Shown piece by piece: positions 26,027 to 37,729 of a DNA stretch of 64,000 bases. The stretch is taken from assembly GCF_964194155.1 (NCBI RefSeq), contig NC_135879.1:26040001-26104000 (forward strand), given 5' to 3'. The notes under the pieces are model-generated. The model saw only the letters and a list, made by a program, of their open reading frames with translations. It was not told the origin of the DNA and ran no database searches. A program made the position numbers and the translations under genes. The first letter of the stretch is position 1. Each line of letters starts with the position of its first letter. Origin of the DNA: Cetorhinus maximus (lineage: Eukaryota).

Positions 26027-26176
26027 TACCCTTTAACTATCCTCATGCTGTTTATGAGCGATATTTACAGCCTATTGAACTTCCTGAGCTTTGCCCGATG
26101 GCTCTTCATTGGACTGGCAGTAACTGGTCTGATCTACTTGCGGTACAAGCGTCCGGACATGCCACGGCCATTTAAG
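26027..26176 (+). CDS. SLC7A11: SLC7A11 coding exon (human exon 10 equivalent)
   Basis: cttttgcag acceptor, gtaatg donor, 150 nt. Encodes [50 protein letters not shown]; the FARW motif is characteristic of xCT among SLC7 LATs. Confidence 0.96.
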
Positions 26177-29100
26177 GTAATGTTTACTGCGGATCAGTAC
26201 TATAGACTGGCCAATTCAATTTGGAAAGATGAATATTGGCATGCTGTGCCTTTCTTGTCCTTTGTTTGCTGAGTACATTAATGATGCGTATCACTGTGTA
26301 GCATTCCTGTTTAATTCAATTAAAGCATCAAAAGTGGAACACTGTAGCTGAACATACACTCATTTGCGGCTGTAATATTTTCACAATTTCAATCAATTGC
26401 GACAAAATAACACTGAGGATTTAATTTTATACCCTGTCTTAGCATGGTTTCATTATTTTTTTTCCCCAGCTTTACCCCTTCTTCCTTCCCCATATGAAAG
26501 TGTTTCCTTATGTTAGAGTATGGTTCGATCAGCCCTTGTCACCTTCCAGTACCTTGCCCCCAGTGGAATTCCTCATGTGCAAGTCTGAGAATACTGTATC
26601 AATAGGGATCTAATGGGTGACCCCAATGCCCACAAACACTCACCAGCTGGAGTGATGATCACCTTTTTCCACTCTCCACACTGACATGTGCAGATATGAT
26701 GTGTTGCATTCTAATTCCTACCACAGTTACAGTCATGTAGCTCATTACATCAGAGTCTTTGTGGGTTCAATATCATACTGCACTTCAGGCCAGTGTCCCA
26801 GTTATTTCCATCGTTTTTATGGGCTCACTATTTTGTACGTAAAAAAGTTGGCCTTGTTCAACATGGGTTAATTACAGCCCTTTTTAAACTTAGCAAACTG
26901 CATCTGACATATAGTGCTCACTTTGGGGTCTTAAAGTAACTAATCCCATTGATGACTAAACCCTTGTTCACCTCTAGCAAAAGGAAGAGGAGAAGATTAC
27001 TACCGTAGCTATAGCAACAAATCATATTTTCCAATCAAACTGTTCTATGCATTTTTACGTCATGTTCCTATATTGGAAACTAATTTCACAATAACTAAAT
27101 TAATCAAAACTCAGGAGTAGCTTTATTATTCCAGTATTACCCCATAACAAATAAAACAATTTTTGATGACTCTGCTCTTACTGTTATTCTTCCTTTATTC
27201 TCTCTTTCTGTCCTATCTTTATGCCTTTCACTTGAATTTCTTTATTATCAACCAAATCTAATTTTATTTTTTCTAGCCCTTTTCTAATTGTAAAAATAAA
27301 TGTTCAAGATTGACATTTCTCTTCATCCTCCTGCCTTTCGTTGGGGGTGAGGCCCAGTTTGAAAGGCCATTTTTTTCTTTCACTTATCAATAGCCAAGAA
27401 TTGACCAGTTTGTACCATAGATCAAATTTTGTCGTGTTTTTATGCATTGAATGCTGAAGAGGAGTCCAACAGCGTGAGCACTCAGCGGGGCACTGAAAGG
27501 GTTAATAGCACCAACAGTTGAAAGAGCAGGCAAACAGCGTTAGGCCATGGTTTAAAGCATGATAATTACTGTCACTATCATCCTATAACTTCTCACCAGT
27601 AAAGCCAGAATCTTAAAAATCATATTCAACTATGGGGCATTAAAAATAATAACGCCACATATTGCATTGCATTATGCATTTATGCTTATTTATTCATTTT
27701 ATATGCACGTTAGCATTTTGCTCACAGCCTAATAAATTACACAGATTGCTTTTCCTGCCATAAGTGTAGCTCACTGAGATTTTTCAGGAATGAGACTGCT
27801 GACAGTGAAGAGTTGATTCAATTAATTAGTTAATATTGATTTCATTTATTTAGGTTGATGAAAAAGATGGACAGAAGGATAATTTTTTTTTTGTGGAAAA
27901 GCCAACACTAATTATTGCTAGTTACGCATTTCCTTTCTTTAAAACAAGGAAGTATAAGGCCAAGTGGTGAAAATGGTCAACCAACTGCTAGGAAATAAAT
28001 GGAGAACAGCTACATTTGGAACAAGTTTTTAAAAAAAACACACAAATGCTGATCCCTGAAGGTGGTTGACCTAGTGTCCGTGAACCATGTCAGCCTCATT
28101 CCTACCAGATCCCTAAGTATGACTCTGTGGAAGTATTATTGGACTAATCAGTCATCCACTGAACAAAAACTGCATTCATCTGGGGCCACAGGTTTTGCAC
28201 ATACCCAGGTCTGGCAGTGTTCCTAGGAAAACACATTTCTCCCCCCACATATGATCTTATAAAATACCACAGGACCAATTTGCCTGATTGCAGTTATAAT
28301 CTATGTATTTTTTTAAAAATCCAAATGTCACTCAGTTACATTTTTCGTTCTTGACCTTTGCCCGGTAATTGTAAGCACAGCAGCAACCCGACAAAGGCTT
28401 CATTCAGGTTACGTTGAAATGATCAATGTCCGATTTGATTTACTGGTGCTACCTCAGACTGTTTATGAATCTGGAATATCAGGTAGCTAGGAATATATTG
28501 CAAGGCGGGAATGTGGCAATCGTTTCAGATGACATCATTAACTATGAGAGCAAAATTCATGCAGTGCATTGGTCTCGCCTAATCCATAAAATTTATTATT
28601 GTCTTAAGTTAAACTCATTTTTTTATGCTGTATACATACTGCACACTATATTCCACTGTAATCCCTACCACATCGAGGGTGGTATCACAATCCCAGTCAG
28701 CCCCATTCCTACTAGGTCCCTAAGTAACACTCTGTGGAAGTAATATTGGACTAATCAGTCTTCAACATTATGCAGTACACTCTCAGTCCAACAGTGTATT
28801 TAATTGCAGGGGGCAGGGGGGCACATAAGCAAAATAAAAAGGGTATCAAGATCTATAAGTCATTCCATCACACTTCAGTTGTATGCCTTAGGCTCAAAAT
28901 TGCTGGGGTCAAGGAGAGTGATATGGAAGCAGACTGCTAACAGGAGTTGGCCGAAATCTGGGGTAGAATCTAAATATACCAGAATTCCACCCCTTTCCAG
29001 CCCCATTACATGTTGTACAACTGAGGGCTATTGGAAACCATCCCATTGCCAATGGATTTGCCGCATGTCTATCTACCATCTCACATAGATGGAAGGATGC

Positions 29101-29552
29101 CGATAATATTGTGAGACAGAAAGCGCAGGGTATTCACTTTCTGAATGTATGACTCCCTGGCTCCCAACATTGCTAAGGCCATGGGAGGTTGAGTTAAATC
29201 AATCCCTGGACTGGATGTAGCAATGCAATGGAGCGCAAATCAGTCATTTGAAATGCCAAAAATGAGGGAGCAGGAAAAAGCTTTCCAATGTGTTTACCAC
29301 CTCCTGCACTGGGCACTCCAACATCATGAACGTTGTGGCAAAATGCTGCAGCAAATACCTCCTTCCCCAACAGTTGAGGCAGAAGTCCCAGTTGTGGTGG
29401 AAATGAGGTAGGCAACTGCACGTAAGATTTTAATTATCCTGACCCCGTGATTCCCAATGGGGTCAGGAATGTCAGGCTCAAGACCAGCCCAGGAATTCTA
29501 GGCCCCCTCTATCTCATTTACATCCCTTCTGCCTCCAGTTCTCTCACACCCT

Positions 29553-29682
29553 GGGCGGGATTGTCCGCACCGGCCTGCCGCCGGGATCTTCCGGTCCCGC
29601 CGCAAGTCAAACGGACTTCTGGCTGGGGCACCACCTCACCCGCGGCGGGTCTCACCCACAACGGGGCCAGAAAATCCCAGCC
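29553..29682. mobile_element. Tiny (130 bp) GC-rich Harbinger-type MITE
   Basis: Ends GGGCGGGATT / AAAATCCCAGCC; flanks CCT/TCT. Confidence 0.6.
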
Positions 29683-29777
29683 TCTGTCTCAACGCTCTTT
29701 CCATATCATTCGTGCTTGCCAGAGCTCACTCTTTGTCCACCCCGCACACATCTGCTTCTGCCTCTCGCTCAGGCAAA

Positions 29778-30485
29778 GGGCAGAATTTTTCCAAAAAGGT
29801 CAGAGCCCCGACAATGGCCAGAAATGCAAGTCGGCAGCATGCATGGCTGTCCGGCTAGGTTTACCCTCGATTTTACTGGTGGCAGCTCATGAGTAAACTA
29901 CATCTGGAGTTGCTGCCCTGTGTAGGATGGCCCTCTGCTCTCTAGAGCTGCTGGCCCAGTCAGAGGGCCGGAAGATCAGCAGCCTCGTCAGCGCCACCAG
30001 GAACAGGAGCCATTGCTGAGGCAGGCAGGGGCCCTGGAGCCTACACCAGGTAGGCTGATTGTATGTTAAAAAAAAAACTTAAAGTTATATTGATAGAAGG
30101 GGAACCCCTCTGAACTAATGGCTGGGACTGCCTTCCCTGCACGCGACCCCCCCCTCTTTGAAATAAAAAATACTTCACCCCCTGGGCTGCTGCTGGGAAG
30201 CCATTGACATTCAGCTGATGGCCTCTCCACCTGGCAGTGGTCTAATCCGCTGTCGGCAAAATGCCAACAACCTGGTAAAATAGCCATCAATGGGAAATTT
30301 GAATATTTAAGTTTGCTTTCCACTTCCTTCTGGCTGGAAGCCTGTCCGAAACCGATCCCACCATCAGTAACATTTCCCGATTTGCTGAGGAGCTGATCTA
30401 CAATGGCTCATTCCGATTTTACCACTCCTCCTCACCCCCTCCCCCACCATGAACCCGCCTCTTGCAGGCTGGCAAAACCCTGCCC
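29778..30485. mobile_element. Harbinger-type MITE
   Basis: TIRs GGGCAGAATTTT / AAAACCCTGCCC, with AAA on both sides. Confidence 0.7.
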
Positions 30486-31642
30486 AAAATGTCTGTGTGC
30501 TTTTCTCTGACTTTTGCACTTGCTCTCTGACTTACTGGAGATAGATTTTGGCACTGTGTGATAATGTAAAATGGTCAATAGTGTAAAACTCCCGATTTTA
30601 ATTTCCACTGAAGTCCTAAAATAAAAACCAGTAGCTGTAAAATGGGCTGCCGACTCACTGTCATCCACTTTACACAAGATCAGAATCTACCTTGCACTTT
30701 CTGTCTCAGACAACCTCTTGCTCCACCTCGCTCACTTGCTCTCTGTTTTATTGATGCTCCCTGTTTCTGTTTCTCAAATCTAGGCAATTAAGCCTATAGT
30801 TAGGCTACAGTCGGAGAACCGTGTGCAAATTTGATGTGCAGATTGGCCTTTCTCTGGGCTGGGAACTTTTTTGGCGCTGTGATTATTATTTCACTCTTTC
30901 AATCAACTCCCCACTCTCTATTCCTATTTCTTTCTTTCTATTTGTCTATTCACTATTACATCTCGAACACTCCCTCTCAGTCCCACTCACTCTCTCAGTG
31001 TTTTACTCTTATACTTGCATACATTCTCTCCCTTTTCACGCATTCATCCTGCATCTCACTCTCTCTCAAAAGTGAATTGAAAACGTATTATGAAAATTTA
31101 CCATTTTAATAACAAAGCATATATGGGATTAAATTAGACCAAAAAAAACATTGAGGGAACGCACTCCTGAATTGCTGATATTTGTTCCCAGTGGTCAAAG
31201 GTCTTAGCCAGCTGTATGAATTCTTGCAGTGATACCTTTACTGCCATATATAGAGAAATAACCTTGTAAATACCATGGCAGATTTAATGGGAAAAATTGT
31301 CCTTTTCTATGCTGTAGCATTCTATAATTGTGTGAACAAGTTTGATCTTAATTGGAGCTTGCACTGGTAAATGTTAGCTCTTCAACAGAATATCTCAATT
31401 AAAAGCTACTGATTTTACCAGCCTCATTCCTGACTGTATGCCAGGATGAATTAAAAGTCAATGCATCTTCACCCACCTGTGTGGCACTCTGGCAGAGCAG
31501 ATCTCCCTTTCTGAAAACCCACCCGATTTTTATCCCATTGAAATTTGTAACGGGTGAACATTCTGCTCCCAGCTCATTGCCCAGACAGTGAAGGTGAAAC
31601 TTTGCCTAGTTGCATTTCAATAATTTCTCTTTGTTGTTGCAG

Positions 31643-31820
31643 GTGCCTCTGTTTGTCCCAGCTTTCTTCGCTTTCACCTGTCTCTTCATAGTGGCACTGT
31701 CACTCTATTCTGATCCCATCAACACCGGCATTGGATTTGTCATCACCCTGACTGGTATTCCTGCCTACTATTTGTTTGTGGTTTGGGACAAAAAGCCAAA
31801 GTGCATCCAAAGGCTGATGA
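31643..31820 (+). CDS. SLC7A11: SLC7A11 coding exon (human exon 11 equivalent)
   Basis: ttgttgcag acceptor, gtaagt donor, 178 nt. Encodes [59 protein letters not shown]. Confidence 0.96.
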
Positions 31821-32138
31821 GTAAGTAATATATCTCTCTGCTTCAATGTACAAGATAAACCTCTGCATGAACTTTTTCCTCCCACTGTGCAGTGTTACGT
31901 CGAGGCAGGATATTTAGCCTCCGATGGGGGCAAGCATGGAGGTGGATGGGTGTGAAAATTCACGCTGTAGGCCAGCGTGCCAGTTTTCAGCTCCATGCTT
32001 CTCTGCGCCATTTTCCCTGAGCTGGGATGGGAGGTGGCAGGTCTACCCACCCACAAGCAACAGGTAGCCACTTAGCAATAGTTAAAGGCCAATTAAGGTC
32101 TGTTGTCGGAGGCTGACTGCAATTTTCTAGTCAGCCTC

Positions 32139-35075
32139 TGTAATGAACTTGAAGTACCAGCCAGGTGTCTTACCTGAAATAGATAACTTTATAACAGCGC
32201 TCTTTTAGAAGCTACATGCTTGAACCAGGTCCACGACTAAAAATCTCCACCCCAAGATTACCCACGCTTAGAACAATCGTCAGATCAATCACGTGACCCT
32301 CTAAAGGCAGGAGGAAAGGTTACACCTTCAATCACTAGATTTCCTTCCCCTTTAGTATTTTTTACGTTTCCTATTTACAAAGAATACTTTAATCCACAAC
32401 ATGTACATACATACACAGATCATGTAATTAAAGATTAAGTCTCTGGGTGGTTTTCTAATTCAGTTCGAGCGGTGTAGCTCTACCACTTGAGATTCTTCCA
32501 CTGGATCGACTTGATCAGGAACTGCAGCATCAGAGACATCCTTAGAAAGTGGCAGTTCAGGATTAGGTAATTCAACAGAGACATCAGGTATGTCTATTCT
32601 AGGTCAATCTGTCACCTCAGGGATTAAATGTTTGACATCAATTACAGGTGGAATAGCTGGTTGTTGGACTGTCTCTCCACTCCTTAGATGATCCACATGT
32701 TTTCGAACAATCCGGACTTCCACTTCCACTTGGAATGACAAAGGTCAAGTTTAAGAGGCAATTATACCAGGAACCCAACTAGGACCATTTCCAAAATTCC
32801 GCACAGAAATTGTATCTCCCACAGTAAATCGTTGAGCTTTGTTATGAATATCGTGATTCAATTTCTGAATACTCTGATTTTTCTCTACCTTCCTCTCTAA
32901 GTTTGGAAACACCAGACTTAACCTTGTATGAAGGTGGTTATGATTTCATCAGTAATTCAGACGGTGTTGAACCCATAGTTGCATAAGGAGTCGTATGGTA
33001 ATTGAAAAGAAAACGTGAAATTCGAGTTTCTAAAATTCATTTGGATAACTTCTTCATTCCTGATTTGAAAGTTTGCACTGCTCTTTCAGCTAACCCATTT
33101 AATGGGAGATGATATGGTGCTGTTTTAACATGCTTAAACTCATGAATCTCTGAAATCCTGTACTAGTACAGTACTATTATCCGAAACAATGCCTTTCGGT
33201 AGGCCATGTATACTAAAACATTGGTGCAGCTTTTCTTTAGTTGCACACGATGTTGATGATCTAATTTCATACACATCCATCCACTTAGAATCCACATCGA
33301 TGATCAATAAAAACATGGTAACTAAAAATGGACCTACATAGTCTATATGTAGTCTAGCCCAGGATCGAGCAGGCCACTTCCATGGATGCAGTGGAGCTGA
33401 AACGGGCAACCTTTGTTGTTACTGACACTAGAGACAGTGCTTGACCATGCTTTCAATGTCACTGTCTATACCTGGCCACCAGACATAGCTTCGTGCAAGC
33501 ATCATCATCTTCAATATGCCTGAATGCGCACTGTGAGTCTCTGTCAAGAGTGGTTCTCTTCCTTGTGAAGGGACGACAACTCTTGATCCCCACAACAAGA
33601 TTCCATCTTGATAACTTTACTCTGTTTTACAAGCATGGAATGGTCTTATCTCTTCAGACATTGGTGATTCGACCATCCTTGCAATACCTGGTCTCGGACT
33701 TTTGACAAAATTGGAGCCCAGTTTGTCCAATTCCTTATTTGTTTTGCACAGACCAGTGACAAGTCCAGGAAATTCAACACCAGCACAACTTCTTGAGGCA
33801 CTGTTGCATGTACAATGCTATCTGGTAACAGAAGATGACTGAGTACATTTGCAATATGCATACCAGGACAGTGCATAAAGGTGTACTCATACACCGATAA
33901 AATCAAAGCCCAATGTTGAACTCTTGCTGAGGCTATTGGCAGAATGGTGGTGTCCTTAATAAACCCATTAGTAGTTTATGGTCCGACACTATGGTGAAAT
34001 GTCGTCCATGCAGATACTGACGGAATTTCTTCACTCCAAATATTACTGATAAACCTTCCTTTTCAAGTTATGAGTAACCCTTCTCAGCTGCAGAGAGGGT
34101 TCTGTAGACATAGCCTATTGGCCTTTTGGTTTTGATTTCTGACTTTTCTTCTTTTGTTTGCTGCAGGATTTTGTCTCACCCTTCATTTTGATTTCACAGT
34201 CGGCCAAATTCCTCTCTGGTGAAATCTTAACTTGGTTCAATTCAATAGTTGAGCTACCCATTGTTATGTTAGCCACTCACATCTTAGAAAGTTCCACAAC
34301 ATTTCCTTCTAATGCCTCTTTTGTTTCAATCAGCTGATTCTTCTCTTCTGTCTCCTTCTTGTATCTTTTGGCTTCCCCCTGGAACATTGAGCATTGTTGT
34401 GTCTTTTCTGCCAACTGTTTCTTCAGTTTGTTCAGAGTGGCACTATATTCTTTTTGTTTCTTTTCGTGATTTTCCATCGGAACCAACTCTGACCTGAGGG
34501 ATCCTTGCATCCTAGTGAAGGTCCTTCGATTCTCCTACCCATTCCGAAATACACTGTCATATTCCCTTATCAACTCAGGAATCCCCCCTGTTCTCACTTG
34601 AAATATTTCTGACCAGTTGAGCTTAATTTTTTGGAACCAATCGCAGCCCAGAAGATTAGGCCCTTCACCTGTTACTATGATCACTGGAAGCTGGGCCATC
34701 TGTTCCTGTAGGACACAGGTACTGTGGCGATGCCCTTTACCTGTATCAATTCTCCAGTGTATGTCTGTGGTCGAGCTGTGGTTTGCTCCAGATTCAGTGG
34801 TTGAGCACCTTCATTAAATGTGTGTTCTCTCACCACTGTGATTGAGGCTCCAGTGTCTACCTCCATGAGTAGACGCTTCCCATTCACTTGAAGGGTGACA
34901 GTAATTGGTTCATTTTTTTACTGCTTTGTCATTGTATAGGGAATAGATATCGGTATCGGCAGCCTCTGGTTCTGTTTCATTATTCACTTCAGTCATCTTG
35001 GTCCGCTGTCTGATTTCCTGTCTCGATTTCACTCTGCATTGCTTTATCACATGCCCTTTTTTGTGGCAACTGTAA
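32139..35075 (-). mobile_element. Decayed Gypsy/Ty3 LTR retrotransposon (gag knuckle, protease, RNase H, integrase, PPT, 3' LTR); RT absent
   Basis: Minus strand: SCHKKGHVIKQC (~35070), MEVDTGASITVV protease, RPIGYVYRTLSAAEKGY..LEKEGLSVIFGVKKFRQYLHGRHF RNase H, WARLHIDYVGPF..IDVDSKWMDV integrase. PPT AAAGGGGAAGGAA at ~32341-32354; LTR ~32339-32139 ending TTACA. Confidence 0.9.
34130..34515 (-). other. Non-retroviral coiled-coil coding fragment (UACA/RAI14/ANKRD24-like) embedded in the Gypsy pol
   Basis: ORF 34277-34510 MQGSLRSELVPMENHEKKQKEYSATLNKLKKQLAEKTQQ... resembles the recalled UACA repeat (IQECIKVKYAP..KFKATEKELKDQLSEQTQKY). No RT motifs are present. Confidence 0.55.
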
Positions 35076-35437
35076 CTGAAATTTCTAATGTCCGATATCA
35101 GGGTTTAAACAAAATAACATTCAAATTAAATGTTTTACAATAACAAAGCTAATTATACTAATTGTTAACTTTGCATCTAGTAATGCCTTTCACTTTTACT
35201 TTGCCACTCCCTGAGATATTTTTAGCCAGAATTGTGCCTCTCTGAGCAGAATTTAGGTTACATGTGCTGTTCACCTAATTTCTCAAATGAATCAGTATTG
35301 CTCAGTTAGCTGCAGTTTTCTTTAGCTCCGTAGTAGTTTTTCTACAAACAATTTTGAAAAACTGTAGGAAACATTTCAGAAATCTTTACTGAAGTAAAAT
35401 TTGTATCTGTTTTTTTAGATAAATAATACAGAGAGGG

Positions 35438-35575
35438 GTGTGTGTGTGTGTGTGTAAGAAACTATAGTATTCTAAGACACATCTGAGATTGATTTTGCTT
35501 TGTGTACATTAAACTTAAAAAAAAAATTAAACTGACAGAGAGAAAAATAGCCTGGAGCCAGAGAGAGAGAGAGAG
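35438..35575. repeat. (GT)n and (GA)n microsatellites
   Basis: gtgtgt... at ~35438-35454 and agagag... at ~35560-35576. Confidence 0.85.
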
Positions 35576-35584
35576 AAACAAGGA

Positions 35585-37135
35585 AAAACATTGTGGAACA
35601 CCTTTCAAAACTTCAGGATGCATCATAATGTCTTACAGCCAATGAGATACTTTTGAAGTGTAGTTACCACTGTAATGTAAGAAAACAGAGCAGCCAATTT
35701 ACATTCACCAAACTCCTACAAATAGTGTTGAGAGAAATAGCCAGTTACCAGTTTTAACAATGTTGGTTGAGAGATAAATGTTAGCCAGGGCATTCTGAGA
35801 ACTCCCTTGCTCTTCTGTAAAAAGTGCTACAGATCCTTTACATTGACAGGAAAGGACAGGCATGGGGCCAGATTTTTGCAGGCCTTTGAAAATGGTGCAT
35901 GTAACCCAGGTTCCCTTTTCCTTTTCCTTTTCCTGCAGCTCCCATTTTTGCTGGCAAGGGGAAGAGGGAAGGGTGTGAATCACAAAGGCAGGAAACCTGA
36001 ACTCAGCAGGGCCATTTGAAAATTGTGCTGAGTTCAAAAATACCCCAATTTTGGCTGTTCCAAAAGCCTTAACCCACAGTGTGGGAGTCACGAATTTATT
36101 GAGGAGACATATACACTCTTGGAGGGTGGACAAGGTCTGCTTAAGTGACATGATTTTAAGTTATTTAAATCCCCAGCCCTTTAAACATGAAAAAACCAAG
36201 TGGCAGCTGTCAGAATAAAAAAAAAGTGCTACTGGAGTGCATTAATGTACAGGCCATCTGGTGTAGCTTAGGAAAAACATGACCACCTGTTCCTACAGTT
36301 TCAATAGATTTCATTGTTGACAGTTCCCACAGACTTTTATTACAGCTGAGCCCATTATGAATGCTTGGCTGAGTTTCAAAAGCTCTAAAAACCATTTACC
36401 TCAACAGGGGGACTGATTTCACATTTTGATTGACAGCTTTAAGAGGCTATTAAAGGATTAACTGTCCTTGATGTGGCTACTGAATAAAAGTTTGTTTTTA
36501 ATAACAGATTGACCACTTGTAAGGATTTAAAATCTTTGAATGGGTATCAAGAATGAGCGATTTTTTTTCTATATCAAGTGTGTATGATATAGAGGTCTCT
36601 TAGATTGTTAGAAGTTTAAATAGCTTTGCATCTCCACATGGCTCCTGAGGTCTGTCCAAAATGGATACTGGTGAGTGGCTGTGGAGGTGGTTGAGGGTAT
36701 TTATGAGGTGGCATGAAGGTGGCATGGGTGTTTGAAGGTGCATGGAGGCAGTATGGGGGCATGGTTGTGTGTTGGGAGGTGATGGTGTGGGTTGAGGGAT
36801 AGAGGCCTAACAGCTTTTTACAAAACTGGGCTGAAGTCTCATAGAAACACTGCAGACCTACTAACCAACCCACCTTGGCACACCACTGCCTCCAAGGCCA
36901 CCTTTGAACTGCCTCCAGGGGCAGCAGACCCGATTCAATCATGCCCCCATACCCCTGCGGCCAAAATCATACATGCAGGGGTCATTTGCATGGAGATGTG
37001 TCTGCCGAGTAGGTAGATTTCCTGACTTGAGCTTCCCTCCTCCACTCTGAAAAATCCAGCCTGCGGTCTCAGATTAATGTCTCATCAAAAAGACAGCATT
37101 TCTGACAGTGCAGCCCTACCTCCATCTTAGATGCA
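35585..37135 (-). mobile_element. Deu-domain SINE (AmnSINE1/SacSINE1-like) split by a MITE at 35866-37061
   Basis: TTACAGCCAATGAGATACTTTTGAAGTGTAG..GGTTGAGAGATAAATG resumes after the insert as TTAATGTCTCATCAAAAAGACAGCATTTCTGACAGTGCAG. Insert ends GGCCAGATTTTT / AAAAATCCAGCC. Confidence 0.65.
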
Positions 37136-37729
37136 GAGTGGGGTTTCAAGCAATAATCTTTAAGCGCAGTTCCGTTGAGTACCACTGAACTTACAAAGGG
37201 GGAGGGAGAAAGAGAAAGGTAAGATAATGATCTATTTTTGTTTCTGGCATCCACTCCATGTGCTTGATGATATCAATGGGTGGTCCAATTAAATTTCATG
37301 AATGGGCCTCATTTAGTTATTGTATGAGCTGGAAGTGTTAATTGCACAGCTTATAGGCAGCTTGCTTTTTGAGAGGGCAGCAAATCTTCTGGGCAACGTC
37401 AGAAGCAGTACTTTAAAAAGGTTTGTCGAAAAGGGAAGGAAGTGGGTTAACAGAGCTGCAGATTGTAGTGCAGATGGAACACCAAGCAGCAAGGAGTTAT
37501 ACTAAAGTGAATCTTTATGGATTAAAAGTCCCCAAAACAATGAAGGAAATATCAATACCAATACCATTTGTAAGTATTTAAAATCTTTGAATGGGTATCA
37601 AGAATGAGAGATTTTTTTCTATGTCAAGCATGTATGAGATAGAGGTCTCTTAGATTGTTAGAAGTTTAAATAGTTTTGCATCATCCACGTGGCTCCTGAG
37701 GTCTGTCAAAAATGGACACTGGTGAGTGC

